Source: Cyanobacteria bacterium J06626_4 (GTDB taxonomy: Bacteria > Cyanobacteriota > Cyanobacteriia > Phormidesmidales > Phormidesmidaceae). Taken from it: DNA of 53,326 nt. Below are positions 38,672-48,089 of this stretch, piece after piece. Each line of letters begins with the position of its first letter. Within the stretch, counting starts at the first letter, position 1. The notes beneath the pieces were generated by a model, which was not told the origin of the DNA, did no database searches, and worked only from the letters and a program-made list of their open reading frames with translations. The stretch spans positions 1 through 53,326 of the forward strand of contig JBCBJQ010000030.1 in assembly GCA_038523235.1 (NCBI GenBank), given 5' to 3'. Made by a program: the position numbers and the translations under genes.

Positions 38672-40465
38672 ATGCCACCTAAAATTGTCCGTTTCTTAGG
38701 ATCTATTCGATTGGCGGTGCCGCTGCTAATTGCGATCGCGATTGTGCTCATTGGCGCAACTTTTTATGAATCTGAAGTGGGGTCATTGACCGTGCAAACG
38801 CAGATTTATAAGAGTCCTTGGTTTGGGGCGATGATGTTTTTGTTGGCGGTTAACTTAGGCATTTCTACCCTGAGTCGCTGGCCGTGGAAAGGGCCTCGAA
38901 AAGTGGGCTTTGCGCTGACCCATTGGGGCTTGGTCGTAATTATCGCGGGCTCGGCAGCGGTGATTCACTTGAGCACAGAGGGGATGCTACTGGTGCGCAC
39001 GGATGCTGGGCCGGGGCAGCAGATTCGTGTGCAGGGTGATCTGCTAGAGGTCGTGGCCCCTGACCAGTCACGCCAGCAAACGGACATCTTCATCAAGCCT
39101 GACGGGACGGTGCATCCTCAGCAGTTCGCTGGGCTGCAGCTGCTGGGCTACAGCGATCGCACGATGAAAACGGTACAGTTCACCGACAATGGCCAGGTGG
39201 ATAATGTCGCCGTCAACCTGGAGCTTCACAGCGACCGCATGGGGCAAACGCTAGCTCGCTGGCTTGCCGTCGCGCCCGCAGGCTACAGCCAGATAGATGT
39301 TGGCCCTGCCCATTTAGAAATTACGCAGGCGGCAGATGCGGCGGAGCAGCGACAGCTCTTGAGTCCACCCGCCCTGCTGTCAAGTCAACTGGGGCAACTG
39401 CAGGTCGGCGCTCGCACCTTTGAGGTGGCCGATATTTTGGGGCGACCACAACCAATGCGTTCAGGCGTCACCCTGGAAGTGGTTCAGGTTTGGCCGGACT
39501 TCCGTCTCGATAAGGAGGGGCTACCGGGATCAGCTTCAGAAGCGTTTCGCAATCCCGCGCTGCAGGTGAAGCTGTCTCGCGGTGACCGGCAGGCGCAGTG
39601 GTTTGTCTTTGGCAAGGCCGGATTCGAGCCGGTGCGATCGGGCGATGCTATTGATTTAGCGATCTCCTATGACGCTCCTTCCCCGCGCCCCACTGATTAT
39701 TTTCGCGTGGTGGTCACGCCTGATCAGCAGCTGTTTTATGCCGCGGCCTCCTCTCAGGGGTTTGCCACGGGTGAGCTGTTCCCTGGTCAAGCGGTGATGC
39801 CGGGCTGGGCTGATTTTCAAATTTCGCTGACTGAGCAGTTGACCCATGCCCAAGTGCAGCGGCAAATTGTGCCAATGATGCCGGTGGCGCCAGGCACGCT
39901 GGCCAATGAGGGAGCGCCCGCCCTGCATGTGGCGACCGCCGCTGGGCAAGACTTTTGGTTGCCTTGGGGGGAGCCCACGAGTTTGGCCACGGCTGACGGC
40001 AACTATTTTGCGGCGTTTAGCCCCAAGATGCTGACGCTCCCGTTTTACGTCAAGCTCGACGACTTCATTGTGGAACGCAATGAGGGCAGTGAATCAGTCG
40101 CTATGTGGACGAGTCAGGTGACGCTGTTTGATCCCCAAACCGATACAGCCACCCAGCGCCGGGTGTGGATGAATCATCCCACCTGGTTTCGCGGTTGGAA
40201 GCTGGCTCAAGCTTCTTGGAATCCTGGCGATCTGGCCCAGTCAACGCTGCAGCTCAAGCGCGAGCCTTGGTGGGTCACGGGCCTCACCTGGACGGGGTCG
40301 ATGTTGATTGTGTTGGGCATTGGTGTCATGTTTTACGGCCCGGCGATCGCCAAGCGTTGGCGCCGGTGGACAAAGCCCGCGACCCCCGAACCGTCACCAG
40401 AGACCGCCTTACCCGAAACCGAGCCCGCGACGACGATCCCGATTCTGGCCGTGTTTGGTAAATAG
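38672..40465 (+). CDS. Cytochrome c biogenesis protein ResB/CcsB-like
   Basis: LGSIRLAVPLL, IYKSPWF, GFALTHWG, large soluble domain, MNHP..F.GW, C-terminal TM. Confidence 0.85.
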   Translation: MPPKIVRFLGSIRLAVPLLIAIAIVLIGATFYESEVGSLTVQTQIYKSPWFGAMMFLLAVNLGISTLSRWPWKGPRKVGFALTHWGLVVIIAGSAAVIHLSTEGMLLVRTDAGPGQQIRVQGDLLEVVAPDQSRQQTDIFIKPDGTVHPQQFAGLQLLGYSDRTMKTVQFTDNGQVDNVAVNLELHSDRMGQTLARWLAVAPAGYSQIDVGPAHLEITQAADAAEQRQLLSPPALLSSQLGQLQVGARTFEVADILGRPQPMRSGVTLEVVQVWPDFRLDKEGLPGSASEAFRNPALQVKLSRGDRQAQWFVFGKAGFEPVRSGDAIDLAISYDAPSPRPTDYFRVVVTPDQQLFYAAASSQGFATGELFPGQAVMPGWADFQISLTEQLTHAQVQRQIVPMMPVAPGTLANEGAPALHVATAAGQDFWLPWGEPTSLATADGNYFAAFSPKMLTLPFYVKLDDFIVERNEGSESVAMWTSQVTLFDPQTDTATQRRVWMNHPTWFRGWKLAQASWNPGDLAQSTLQLKREPWWVTGLTWTGSMLIVLGIGVMFYGPAIAKRWRRWTKPATPEPSPETALPETEPATTIPILAVFGK

Positions 40466-40570
40466 TCCTGACAGTGAACGGGCTCCATGGGCCGGTTCGC
40501 GGTCAGGGGAATCGCCGGTAGGATGCTAAACCTCATCCAGATGCAAAAGTGGGAGTTTTGACATCTAGCC

Positions 40571-40663
40571 AACCTCACCGCCTCCGGCACCTCTCCTTAC
40601 TAAGGAGAGGTTTAAGAAGACTCTGGTTCTTCTCCTTACTTAAGGAGAGGTTCGGTGAGGTTT
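40571..40663. repeat. Cyanobacterial intergenic repeat (two palindromic units)
   Basis: AACCTCACC..CCTCTCCTTACTAAGGAGAGG..TCTCCTTACTTAAGGAGAGG..GGTGAGGTT. Confidence 0.7.
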
Positions 40664-40856
40664 TCCAGATCAGGAACAACTACAGTTCTCAAATTAGACG
40701 AGGTTTAAACGCCGCTTTCTAGTGCCGATTCTCCGTAACAAGCCCAGAATTCTGACTCCTCTGCCTTACCAAGATGGCAGGAGCAGCTCCGAATACCGAG
40801 CGGGGATCACTCTCGCTCCGCATTTAATTTGCTGTTTTTAGACGGTCACCTCACCG

Positions 40857-42548
40857 ATGAAACTCATTACTTTCTTGATTGGACTGGTTTTGGGAGGGCT
40901 ATTACTAATAGTGCCCCTGAATCAATCGCCGCCGGATGGTCTAGAGTCGCTGCGCTCGCTGGCGGTGCAGCTAGACGGTCGTAAAAAGCCGCTAGATACT
41001 GTGGCCCAAGAAACCGTGGCGAAAATTCACGGTTCCACTACCTATCGGTCTGCCGAGGGTGATCGAGCTGACGCCCTCAGCACCTATCTGACGATGTGGT
41101 TCAACACTCGCGACTGGAACGAAGAGTCCTTTGTGCTGGTGAGCTATCGTCCGTTGAAAGCAGCAGTGGGTCTCGATATTGACCGCAAGCAGTTCACCTT
41201 TCGTGAGCTGATGAACAATTCCGAGTTAGGGGCGTTAGTTGGGCAAGCCCATGAGAAAGAGCTAAATGAGGTCGAACTCAGCCGCAACGAAACCGAAGCG
41301 CTGACCGTCGAATCGCGTCTCAATTTGCTGTATCAAGCAGTTGGCGACAACGACTTGCCGATTGTGCCCCATCCTGATGACATTAAGGGCAAATGGGCCG
41401 GACTCAACGAGGCAGCCACGCTCTATGCGCCGGAAACAGTCGCCCCGCTGCTGGCCAATTTTGCCATGATGCAGCAGACGGTGCTGCAGGGCGGCACTAC
41501 CCATTTATCCATGATTGCATCGCTGGCTGATGAGCAGCGATCAGCCTTACAGCAGTTGAGTCCCGCGATCTATCCGACGGCAGCGGTGCTCAATCGCGAA
41601 GTGCATTTCAATCACTTTCATCCCTTTGCTAAGGCTTGGTGGTTGTATGCGATCGCTTTTATGGCCATGCTGCTGAGCCAGTGGATTCAGCGTGATCACC
41701 TGTATTGGGGCGCGATGGGGCTGTTTACCACCGGCTTGGCCGTGCAAAGCTATGGCTTTTGGCTGCGGATGCAAATTGCCGATCGCCCGCCCGTGACCAA
41801 TATGTATGAGTCGGTCGTGTGGGTTGGGTTTGGCATCGCCGCGATTGCCTTCCTGTTAGAACTGCTATCACGCAAGCGCTACTACGTTCTCGCGGCGGCC
41901 CCCCTAGCGGTTGTCTGTTTAGTATTAGCGGATAGTTTGCCCGCCGTGCTCGATCCGAGCATTGCGCCGCTGGTGCCCGTGCTGCGAGACAACTTTTGGC
42001 TCAGCATTCACGTACCCACCATCACCTTAAGCTATGCCAGTTTTGCCCTCGCCTTGGGAATCGGCCATGTGGCCCTCTTTAATTATCTGTTGACGCCGCA
42101 AGCGAGTCAGCGGCTAAAGCTCCTGTCACAGCTCAACTATCGGGTTTTGCAGGTCGGCGTTTTGTTGCTCACAACGGGCATCATTCTGGGCGGCATTTGG
42201 GCGCACTTTTCTTGGGGCCGCTTTTGGGGCTGGGATCCTAAAGAAACCTGGGCGCTGATTGCCTTGCTCTGCTACCTCGCGCCCTTGCATGGTCGCCTAG
42301 TGGGCTGGATTGGTGACTTTGGCGTTCATATCGCCAGCATCGTTTCGTTTAATGCGGTGCTGATGGCCTGGTATGGCGTCAACTTTGTCTTGGGCACCGG
42401 CCTACACAGCTATGGGTTTGGCAGCGGTGGCTCTGATCTGCTGATTGCTGGCGTGGTCGGGTTCGATCTGCTACTGGTGCTGACTACGGTGGCTCGCCAC
42501 TCCGGTTGGCTCAAGCGTCAGGCGCTGACGCCGGCTGATAACCTTTAG
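40857..42548 (+). CDS. ccsA: Cytochrome c synthase CcsA with N-terminal soluble extension
   Basis: WWD motif WGRFWGWDPKETW; PVTNMYES, WLSIHV, GLHSYG; N-terminal DGRKKPLDT. Confidence 0.92.
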   Translation: MKLITFLIGLVLGGLLLIVPLNQSPPDGLESLRSLAVQLDGRKKPLDTVAQETVAKIHGSTTYRSAEGDRADALSTYLTMWFNTRDWNEESFVLVSYRPLKAAVGLDIDRKQFTFRELMNNSELGALVGQAHEKELNEVELSRNETEALTVESRLNLLYQAVGDNDLPIVPHPDDIKGKWAGLNEAATLYAPETVAPLLANFAMMQQTVLQGGTTHLSMIASLADEQRSALQQLSPAIYPTAAVLNREVHFNHFHPFAKAWWLYAIAFMAMLLSQWIQRDHLYWGAMGLFTTGLAVQSYGFWLRMQIADRPPVTNMYESVVWVGFGIAAIAFLLELLSRKRYYVLAAAPLAVVCLVLADSLPAVLDPSIAPLVPVLRDNFWLSIHVPTITLSYASFALALGIGHVALFNYLLTPQASQRLKLLSQLNYRVLQVGVLLLTTGIILGGIWAHFSWGRFWGWDPKETWALIALLCYLAPLHGRLVGWIGDFGVHIASIVSFNAVLMAWYGVNFVLGTGLHSYGFGSGGSDLLIAGVVGFDLLLVLTTVARHSGWLKRQALTPADNL

Positions 42549-42600
42549 GGGCTCAGGGCGCAGCGATTTAATGCCCTATCCAGCTAGCCACGTTCCGGTT

Positions 42601-42634
42601 TTCTGGCAGCCGAGTGATCACTCGGCTGCCAGAA
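42601..42634. repeat. Perfect 34-bp palindrome
   Basis: TTCTGGCAGCCGAGTGA|TCACTCGGCTGCCAGAA. Confidence 0.9.
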
Positions 42635-42725
42635 CGCTAGTTTTAGTCGTACCGTACTGCGGGATCATGCTCTGCTCTGGAGTTGAGCCCTCTAAAATCT
42701 CATTGTTGAAAGGAGACTGCTTGCG

Positions 42726-43181
42726 ATGAATCGACGTGAATTTATGAATCTTATGGGGATCGGTGTCCTGGCGACCTCACTACCAGTGGCACTGGCGGCC
42801 TGCCAGTCAGAGACAGCAGCGCCCGACGTGGCCCCCGAAGATGACGCCGTGGCGATCGACTCCACCCCCCGAGAAGATGGATTTGCCGCTATTGCCACTT
42901 TGGGTGAGCTAGATGAAGCTGGATTTGTCTCAGACAAGAACTTTCAAGGCACTCAGCTCGTGGTTGTGCGTGATCCCGCCGATGACGCCGCCCTCATCGC
43001 CGTCAACTCGCTGTGCACTCACCAGGGCTGCAGCGTCGCCTGGGAAGAGGGCGCTTTTGCTTGCCCCTGCCATGGTTCGTCGTTTAACCCTGACGGTACT
43101 GTGGCCTCTGGGCCAGCCCCAACTGCTCTGGAAACCTATGAAGCAAAAATTGAAGATGATCTAGTATTGGTCAAAGTCTGA
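42726..43181 (+). CDS. Rieske [2Fe-2S] Tat lipoprotein (PetC3-like)
   Basis: NRREF Tat signal, LAA-C lipobox, CTHQGC and CPCHGS. Confidence 0.93.
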   Translation: MNRREFMNLMGIGVLATSLPVALAACQSETAAPDVAPEDDAVAIDSTPREDGFAAIATLGELDEAGFVSDKNFQGTQLVVVRDPADDAALIAVNSLCTHQGCSVAWEEGAFACPCHGSSFNPDGTVASGPAPTALETYEAKIEDDLVLVKV

Positions 43182-43360
43182 TCTGGTCTCTGGCTGGCAG
43201 CAGTAGCGGACGCCGACAGCCAGTCGGTACCGCTGACTCAGGGTTGAGGGAGCCATGCGGCAGGCATAAGCTAATGCCCTCCAACCGGTTGAGGTGTCTT
43301 GCTCACCAGAGATTGACTAAGCGGACTGGGGGTAGAGCTGACCTGACGTCTCTTTAATGA

Positions 43361-43391
43361 GCCCAGAAACACCAGATTTCTGGGCCTTTTT
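43361..43391 (+). terminator. Rho-independent terminator
   Basis: GCCCAGAAA-N7-TTTCTGGGC-CTTTTT. Confidence 0.75.
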
Positions 43392-43437
43392 GCTAAGGGA
43401 AAACATCCAGATCTGGCACGAGCTGTAAGCGTGTGGA

Positions 43438-44100
43438 TCACCAGTCACCGGAGGCCACAGCCACCTGACTGCCATCGCTTTTAATCACCACTAATGGCAA
43501 GGTTGTGCCCGTTTCCACTCGGTCAAACTGCACAAATTGCAGGCCTGTCGTCGTTGTCTCAACCGTAATCTGATAAGCGTCGTCGACCCAGGTAATGTCA
43601 ACCACTTGGTGACCAATCAGCCAGACTTCGGCCAGTTCACCTTGATTGATGGCCTCCGGGCGATCGCCTTCATAGCAGCCGGACATCGCCTCAATGCCGG
43701 TCCACACGCCACTGAGGTAAGTGGGTTCGGTGCGAGCACTCAGCCCATAGGTCGTGAAAGAAATCACCGATTGTTGCCAGAATTTGTCGAATAGGCTTTT
43801 GAGGGGTTCGGCGGTAATCGCGTCGCCATAGCGGGGCTGCTGAGTCAATTCGGCAGTTTGCTCGGCCAGACTCAATCGCTCCCAGTCGGGCAGCTCGCCA
43901 CAGACAGCAAACTCAATCGATTGTGGGGGCTGCTCGGCGATCGCGGTTTCAGTGCCCTCTGACTGCACCACCGGCATCACGGTTGAATCCGGTGACTGAG
44001 ATAGTGATAGCTGAGACCCTGCCGGGCATCCTAATAGACCCAATGTGCCCAGGCTCAAGGCGCCTAGACCTAACTTCTGCCAGGAAATTCTTTTCCACAT
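43438..44100 (-). CDS. Hypothetical lipoprotein
   Basis: MWKR signal with LLG-C lipobox from ATG 44100. Confidence 0.75.
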   Translation of the reverse strand: MWKRISWQKLGLGALSLGTLGLLGCPAGSQLSLSQSPDSTVMPVVQSEGTETAIAEQPPQSIEFAVCGELPDWERLSLAEQTAELTQQPRYGDAITAEPLKSLFDKFWQQSVISFTTYGLSARTEPTYLSGVWTGIEAMSGCYEGDRPEAINQGELAEVWLIGHQVVDITWVDDAYQITVETTTTGLQFVQFDRVETGTTLPLVVIKSDGSQVAVASGDW

Positions 44101-44424
44101 CTGGCTTGAACCCTCGTCCAATGACGGTAACGATGCTGATGAGTTTGGGTGTGCAGCAGCCAGCCCCTCGTTAGGACTGTCTACCGTTGCGCATGGTGGT
44201 CTCATTGCCTCAACCCTGGCCTTAGAGGCTGATCCCAGCGGAATGGTTCCTGCTAGCTCAATCGCTAGGGCTGTGAGCCCTCGATCGCTCAGTATCAGGC
44301 CATGATCCCGGCTGAAGTCGGCTTTGATCAGGCAAACTGCTCAACGACCAAGAGGGTAATCCGGCGGGGCAAACTTTGGCGGTTGCCCGATTTTTCCCGA
44401 GGATCACCTAAAGATGGTTGAGCC

Positions 44425-44600
44425 CACCTAAAACAGATATCAGCGACTTCTTGGATGACGCGGCTTGTTGAGTAAAACCAATACCAGCTGGTATTGATGT
44501 GACCTCTTGAGACGGGGGCCATCGCTCTCACCCGAAACCCGGTTACTTACTGGCTCTAGCCAGGGCGAGTGACAGTGGTATCGGCGTTTTAAGAGAGCAG
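44425..44600 (-). ncRNA. ssrS: 6S RNA
   Basis: Minus strand reads ..AAGTAACCGGGT..TCAAGAGGTCACATC..GGTTTTACTCAACAAGCCGCGTCATCCAAGAAG..GATATC, resembling cyanobacterial 6S/SsaA as recalled; ends approximate. Confidence 0.8.
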
Positions 44601-44908
44601 ACTTGAGAAGCCAGAATCCTTTAGGTGGTGAGTATTTTGGCAACTTGATTTGTTTCTACATTTAGCATAGCGAAGCATCCGGAATGGATGCCTCACTTTA
44701 CAAAAACTTGAGAAAGTTTGGCCCTCTATCGTCGCCCAGTTAACCAATTTGAGTGGGGAACATCAAAACTATCCAATGGCAGCCAGATTTAACCTGAATT
44801 CGTTGATTAAGGGCCTGGGTAGGCGCGATCGCCGGTATGGCTAGCCTTCAGGCTGGTCTTAAACTGCAGCTACTCTCGAACTGCCGCATCCGGTTTTGCT
44901 CCCGTTGT

Positions 44909-46489
44909 TCAGAGGTGTGAGGCCAGAACTGTCGGCAAGCGCTTGGCCAGCTGACTCGCCGAGCAGCCCAAGACACTTTGTTCTGCGGCTACGGCGATTC
45001 CCGTTTGAGCGTGCCACCAGACGGCGGCGATCGCGGTGTCGAGCAGGGCATCAGCGCCAGATAGCTGACGTTTCATCAGCTGGGCCGCTAAGCCAGCGGC
45101 GAGACCGGTCAACACGTCACCGCTGCCCCCCCGTGCTAAAGCCGGGGTACTCGTCGGGTTGAACCATACCGGCTCGCCAGGATGCGCCACAGTGCTGATG
45201 GCTCCTTTCAACACAATGGTGCACCCGGTTTGGGCCGCTTGGTAAGCCGCTGCACTGGGCGTCACTGCCTGTGCCCAGAGGTCGGGAAACAGGCGGCGAA
45301 ATTCGCCAGGATGGGGCGTGAGCAGGGTGGCAGCCCGCCGCTCCCGAATGGCTCGTCGGGGATCACGCTGTGACAAGTAATTGAGGCCATCTGCATCGAA
45401 GATCAAAGGCCGATCGCAGCTCCAGGCGGCCGCCATCACGGTCGTGGCGGCTAGCGTTAATCCGGGGCCACAGGCCACGACGTCATATTGATCCCACGCC
45501 ACGGTGGCGGGCAGGGTGGCGATCGCCCCTGCCGCTGTTTCCGCCGCACCGAGCACCAGCGCTTCGGGTAACTGACTCAAGACCGTCGGCCTCAGACTCT
45601 CGGGCACGACCAGCGTCAACATGCCCACTCCGCTGGCGATCGCGCCCCGACCAGCCAGCAGCGCGGCCCCGCCATACTGTCGAGAACCGGCAATCAGTAG
45701 GGCATGACCAGCGGTGTACTTGTGAGCGATCTGCGATCGCGGCAGGGGGAGGCGGGCGATCGCCGCTGCCGCCGTGATGCGACGGCGAGCCGGCGACGGG
45801 GTGAGCACTGCCTCAATCGCTGCTGGAGGAATGTCAAAGGGAATCAAATGAGCTTGCCCTAGCCAGGGCTGTGCCGCGTCTTGCAGCAGCCCCAGTTTCC
45901 ACAAGCCTAAACAGAGGGTATGTGTGGCTCGCACCGCCGTGCCGAGGGCGGCCCCACTGTCAGTATCTAACCCTGAGGGCAGGTCAATACTTATGATGGG
46001 CCGGTCAGTGGCATTGAGGGCCGCGATCCCAGCCGCGAACTCATCGCTGAGTGGTTTGGTGAGACCGATGCCAAAGCCCCCATCGACAATAAAGTCGCAC
46101 TCCACCAGTGCATCGCTGTGGGTGACGCTAGAAATCCCGAGATAGCCTAAATAGACTTGGTGCTGAGCAGTGAGTGGTTTGAGTTTGGGGAACGGGCACC
46201 AAGGTCGCACCTGATAGCCGTGATGGTGTAGCTCGCGGGCGACGACGAGCGCATCGCCGCCGTTGTGGCCTGGCCCCACGATGATCCCCGCCACCGGGGC
46301 GCGATTACGAGGATAGTGCTGCAACAGCCACTGAGTGATCTGACCGGCCACTTTTTCCATGAGCGCGGGCACGGGCAGGCCCGCCTCAAACAAGCGGGTC
46401 TCGATTTGCTGCATCTGCTGGGCCGTGACCACGACTGCTTCAGGCTCGAGATCATGATGATAGCCGTGCCTATGTTCAGACTCTCCCAT
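44909..46489 (-). CDS. nnr: Bifunctional NAD(P)H-hydrate epimerase/dehydratase NnrE-NnrD
   Basis: GPGHNGGD, SIDLPSG, GPGL, DADGL, LTPHPGEF, ARGGSGDVLTG. Confidence 0.95.
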   Translation of the reverse strand: MGESEHRHGYHHDLEPEAVVVTAQQMQQIETRLFEAGLPVPALMEKVAGQITQWLLQHYPRNRAPVAGIIVGPGHNGGDALVVARELHHHGYQVRPWCPFPKLKPLTAQHQVYLGYLGISSVTHSDALVECDFIVDGGFGIGLTKPLSDEFAAGIAALNATDRPIISIDLPSGLDTDSGAALGTAVRATHTLCLGLWKLGLLQDAAQPWLGQAHLIPFDIPPAAIEAVLTPSPARRRITAAAAIARLPLPRSQIAHKYTAGHALLIAGSRQYGGAALLAGRGAIASGVGMLTLVVPESLRPTVLSQLPEALVLGAAETAAGAIATLPATVAWDQYDVVACGPGLTLAATTVMAAAWSCDRPLIFDADGLNYLSQRDPRRAIRERRAATLLTPHPGEFRRLFPDLWAQAVTPSAAAYQAAQTGCTIVLKGAISTVAHPGEPVWFNPTSTPALARGGSGDVLTGLAAGLAAQLMKRQLSGADALLDTAIAAVWWHAQTGIAVAAEQSVLGCSASQLAKRLPTVLASHL

Positions 46490-46725
46490 GGCCGAATGAT
46501 CTCCGAAGTTGATTTGATGCGATGGTTCGTTGCTCGTGGCTAAAAAGTCGATATGCGCCCCAACCTCAATTAGAACTGGAGTCTTGACCTGCGGTAAAAA
46601 CTCGCTGTCTGTGGCACCTCTTCTAACTTTTAGCGAAGTCTGCTCAGAGGCATTGGGAAGGGTGGGCTCGGCTGGCTAAAACTTCAGGCTGACACAGCCG
46701 ACGTGATTGAGACCCTAAAACAAGC

Positions 46726-46767
46726 GATCGAATTAATTGGGGGCGATCGTCCCCAATTAATTCGATC
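46726..46767. repeat. 42-bp near-perfect palindrome
   Basis: GATCGAATTAATTGGGG-G-CGATCG-T-CCCCAATTAATTCGATC. Confidence 0.85.
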
Positions 46768-46889
46768 ATAATTTCAACGATTGTCGGTTTGAACGCTCGC
46801 CAGTTGGAGAAATCGGCCAGGAAGCCCCAGCCTGTCTCAGCCAGCCGAGAGAGCCGATAGCTCAGTCAGCGGCCTCGCAGTCAGCCAAC

Positions 46890-47816
46890 TTACTCGAAAT
46901 GAACGCGGGAACTGGCAAAGCCTGAATCACGCAGATAGCCGTTCCATTCTTGAGCGATCCCATGATCGTCATACGGCCCGATGGCGACGTGGGGGCCACG
47001 GGGGGCAGTGCGAGTGCGCACCAGGCTACTCGGCGCGCCGAGAGCAACCAGTTCGCGTGCAATGCCCGACAACTCACTTACACCAGCGGGGACCACGACA
47101 TAATAACCAGAGGGCAGCGACTCATTCACAATGGTCGGTGCGGTCAGGGGCGGCGCTGAAGTCCCGGCCGGTGACGTGATGGGAAAAGGTGGCGGGAAGG
47201 CCGCAGAAGACGCGGGAGCCGTTTGAAACGGGGCAGCCTGACCAAACTCGATGGAGGCGGGCGTTGCCGCCACTGAGTTCACCGGAATTGCAGTGGGTAC
47301 CGCTGTGGGATAGGACAAATCGTAATTAGCGGGTGCTGCTACGGCGATCGGCGCCCCGCTAAACGTACTGGTTTGCACCTCAGCGCCAATGCCAAAGTTG
47401 GCCAACTCATCGGCCCGCACTTGCGCGTTTTGATAGGAGCTAAAGCGCCCGGCCTGAATGACGGAGCGGCCATCGACAAAGTTAACAAAAGCCCCTGGTT
47501 CGACCTGGCGCACCTGTTGCAGCAACTGATCGCTGCTGCCGCTGATCAGCACCAAATATTGTTCACCGGTCGTCGAAGACACGCCGCTGTTAGCTGGTAA
47601 GGGGGGCAGCGGTGTGGGCAAAGCCTGAGCGATCATCGGCGCGGCTGATTCTGATGAGGTCAAGCCCGGCTGAGCGATCGCGACGGCCAGCGTGGCCGCT
47701 GCGAGGCCACAGCCCAAGAGCCGCACCCTGGAATCCATGGAGATGGCAGGACGCGCATGATAAATAGATCGAGGCAGAGTCGTCGAACGTGATGTAAGCC
47801 AAAGGGGGAATTTCAT
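46890..47816 (-). CDS. Exported protein with two SPOR-like domains
   Basis: Signal-like segment; VIQAGRFSSYQNA and VAIGPY..A..W..YLR..GF separated by a Pro/Ala linker; start may be 47738. Confidence 0.7.
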   Translation of the reverse strand: MKFPLWLTSRSTTLPRSIYHARPAISMDSRVRLLGCGLAAATLAVAIAQPGLTSSESAAPMIAQALPTPLPPLPANSGVSSTTGEQYLVLISGSSDQLLQQVRQVEPGAFVNFVDGRSVIQAGRFSSYQNAQVRADELANFGIGAEVQTSTFSGAPIAVAAPANYDLSYPTAVPTAIPVNSVAATPASIEFGQAAPFQTAPASSAAFPPPFPITSPAGTSAPPLTAPTIVNESLPSGYYVVVPAGVSELSGIARELVALGAPSSLVRTRTAPRGPHVAIGPYDDHGIAQEWNGYLRDSGFASSRVHFE

Positions 47817-48089
47817 ATGACCGGTTCAGCTTGCAGCTGATGGCGAGAGGGCACTGTCACAGTGGGGCTGTGGGAGCTAATTCGCAAAGTAAATCTGGTC
47901 GGGCCGATATCCTGACATTTAGCTAGCGGTGAGCGCCAGTTAAGCGAAAGCGCAAAGGCTTTACAGGCAGAGGGCGGACAGACAAACTGCCAATTATCTC
48001 AGGCTGACCTCGGCCTTCCTACGAACAGTCGAGGCGAATGCTAGCCTAGGATAGTTACATTCATAGAAAATTTCCAGACTTTTTTGAAG

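Noticed and set aside
43190..43360. Riboswitch or ncRNA after the Rieske gene
   Set aside because: No recognisable family motif; it lies between convergent genes and only the terminator is supported
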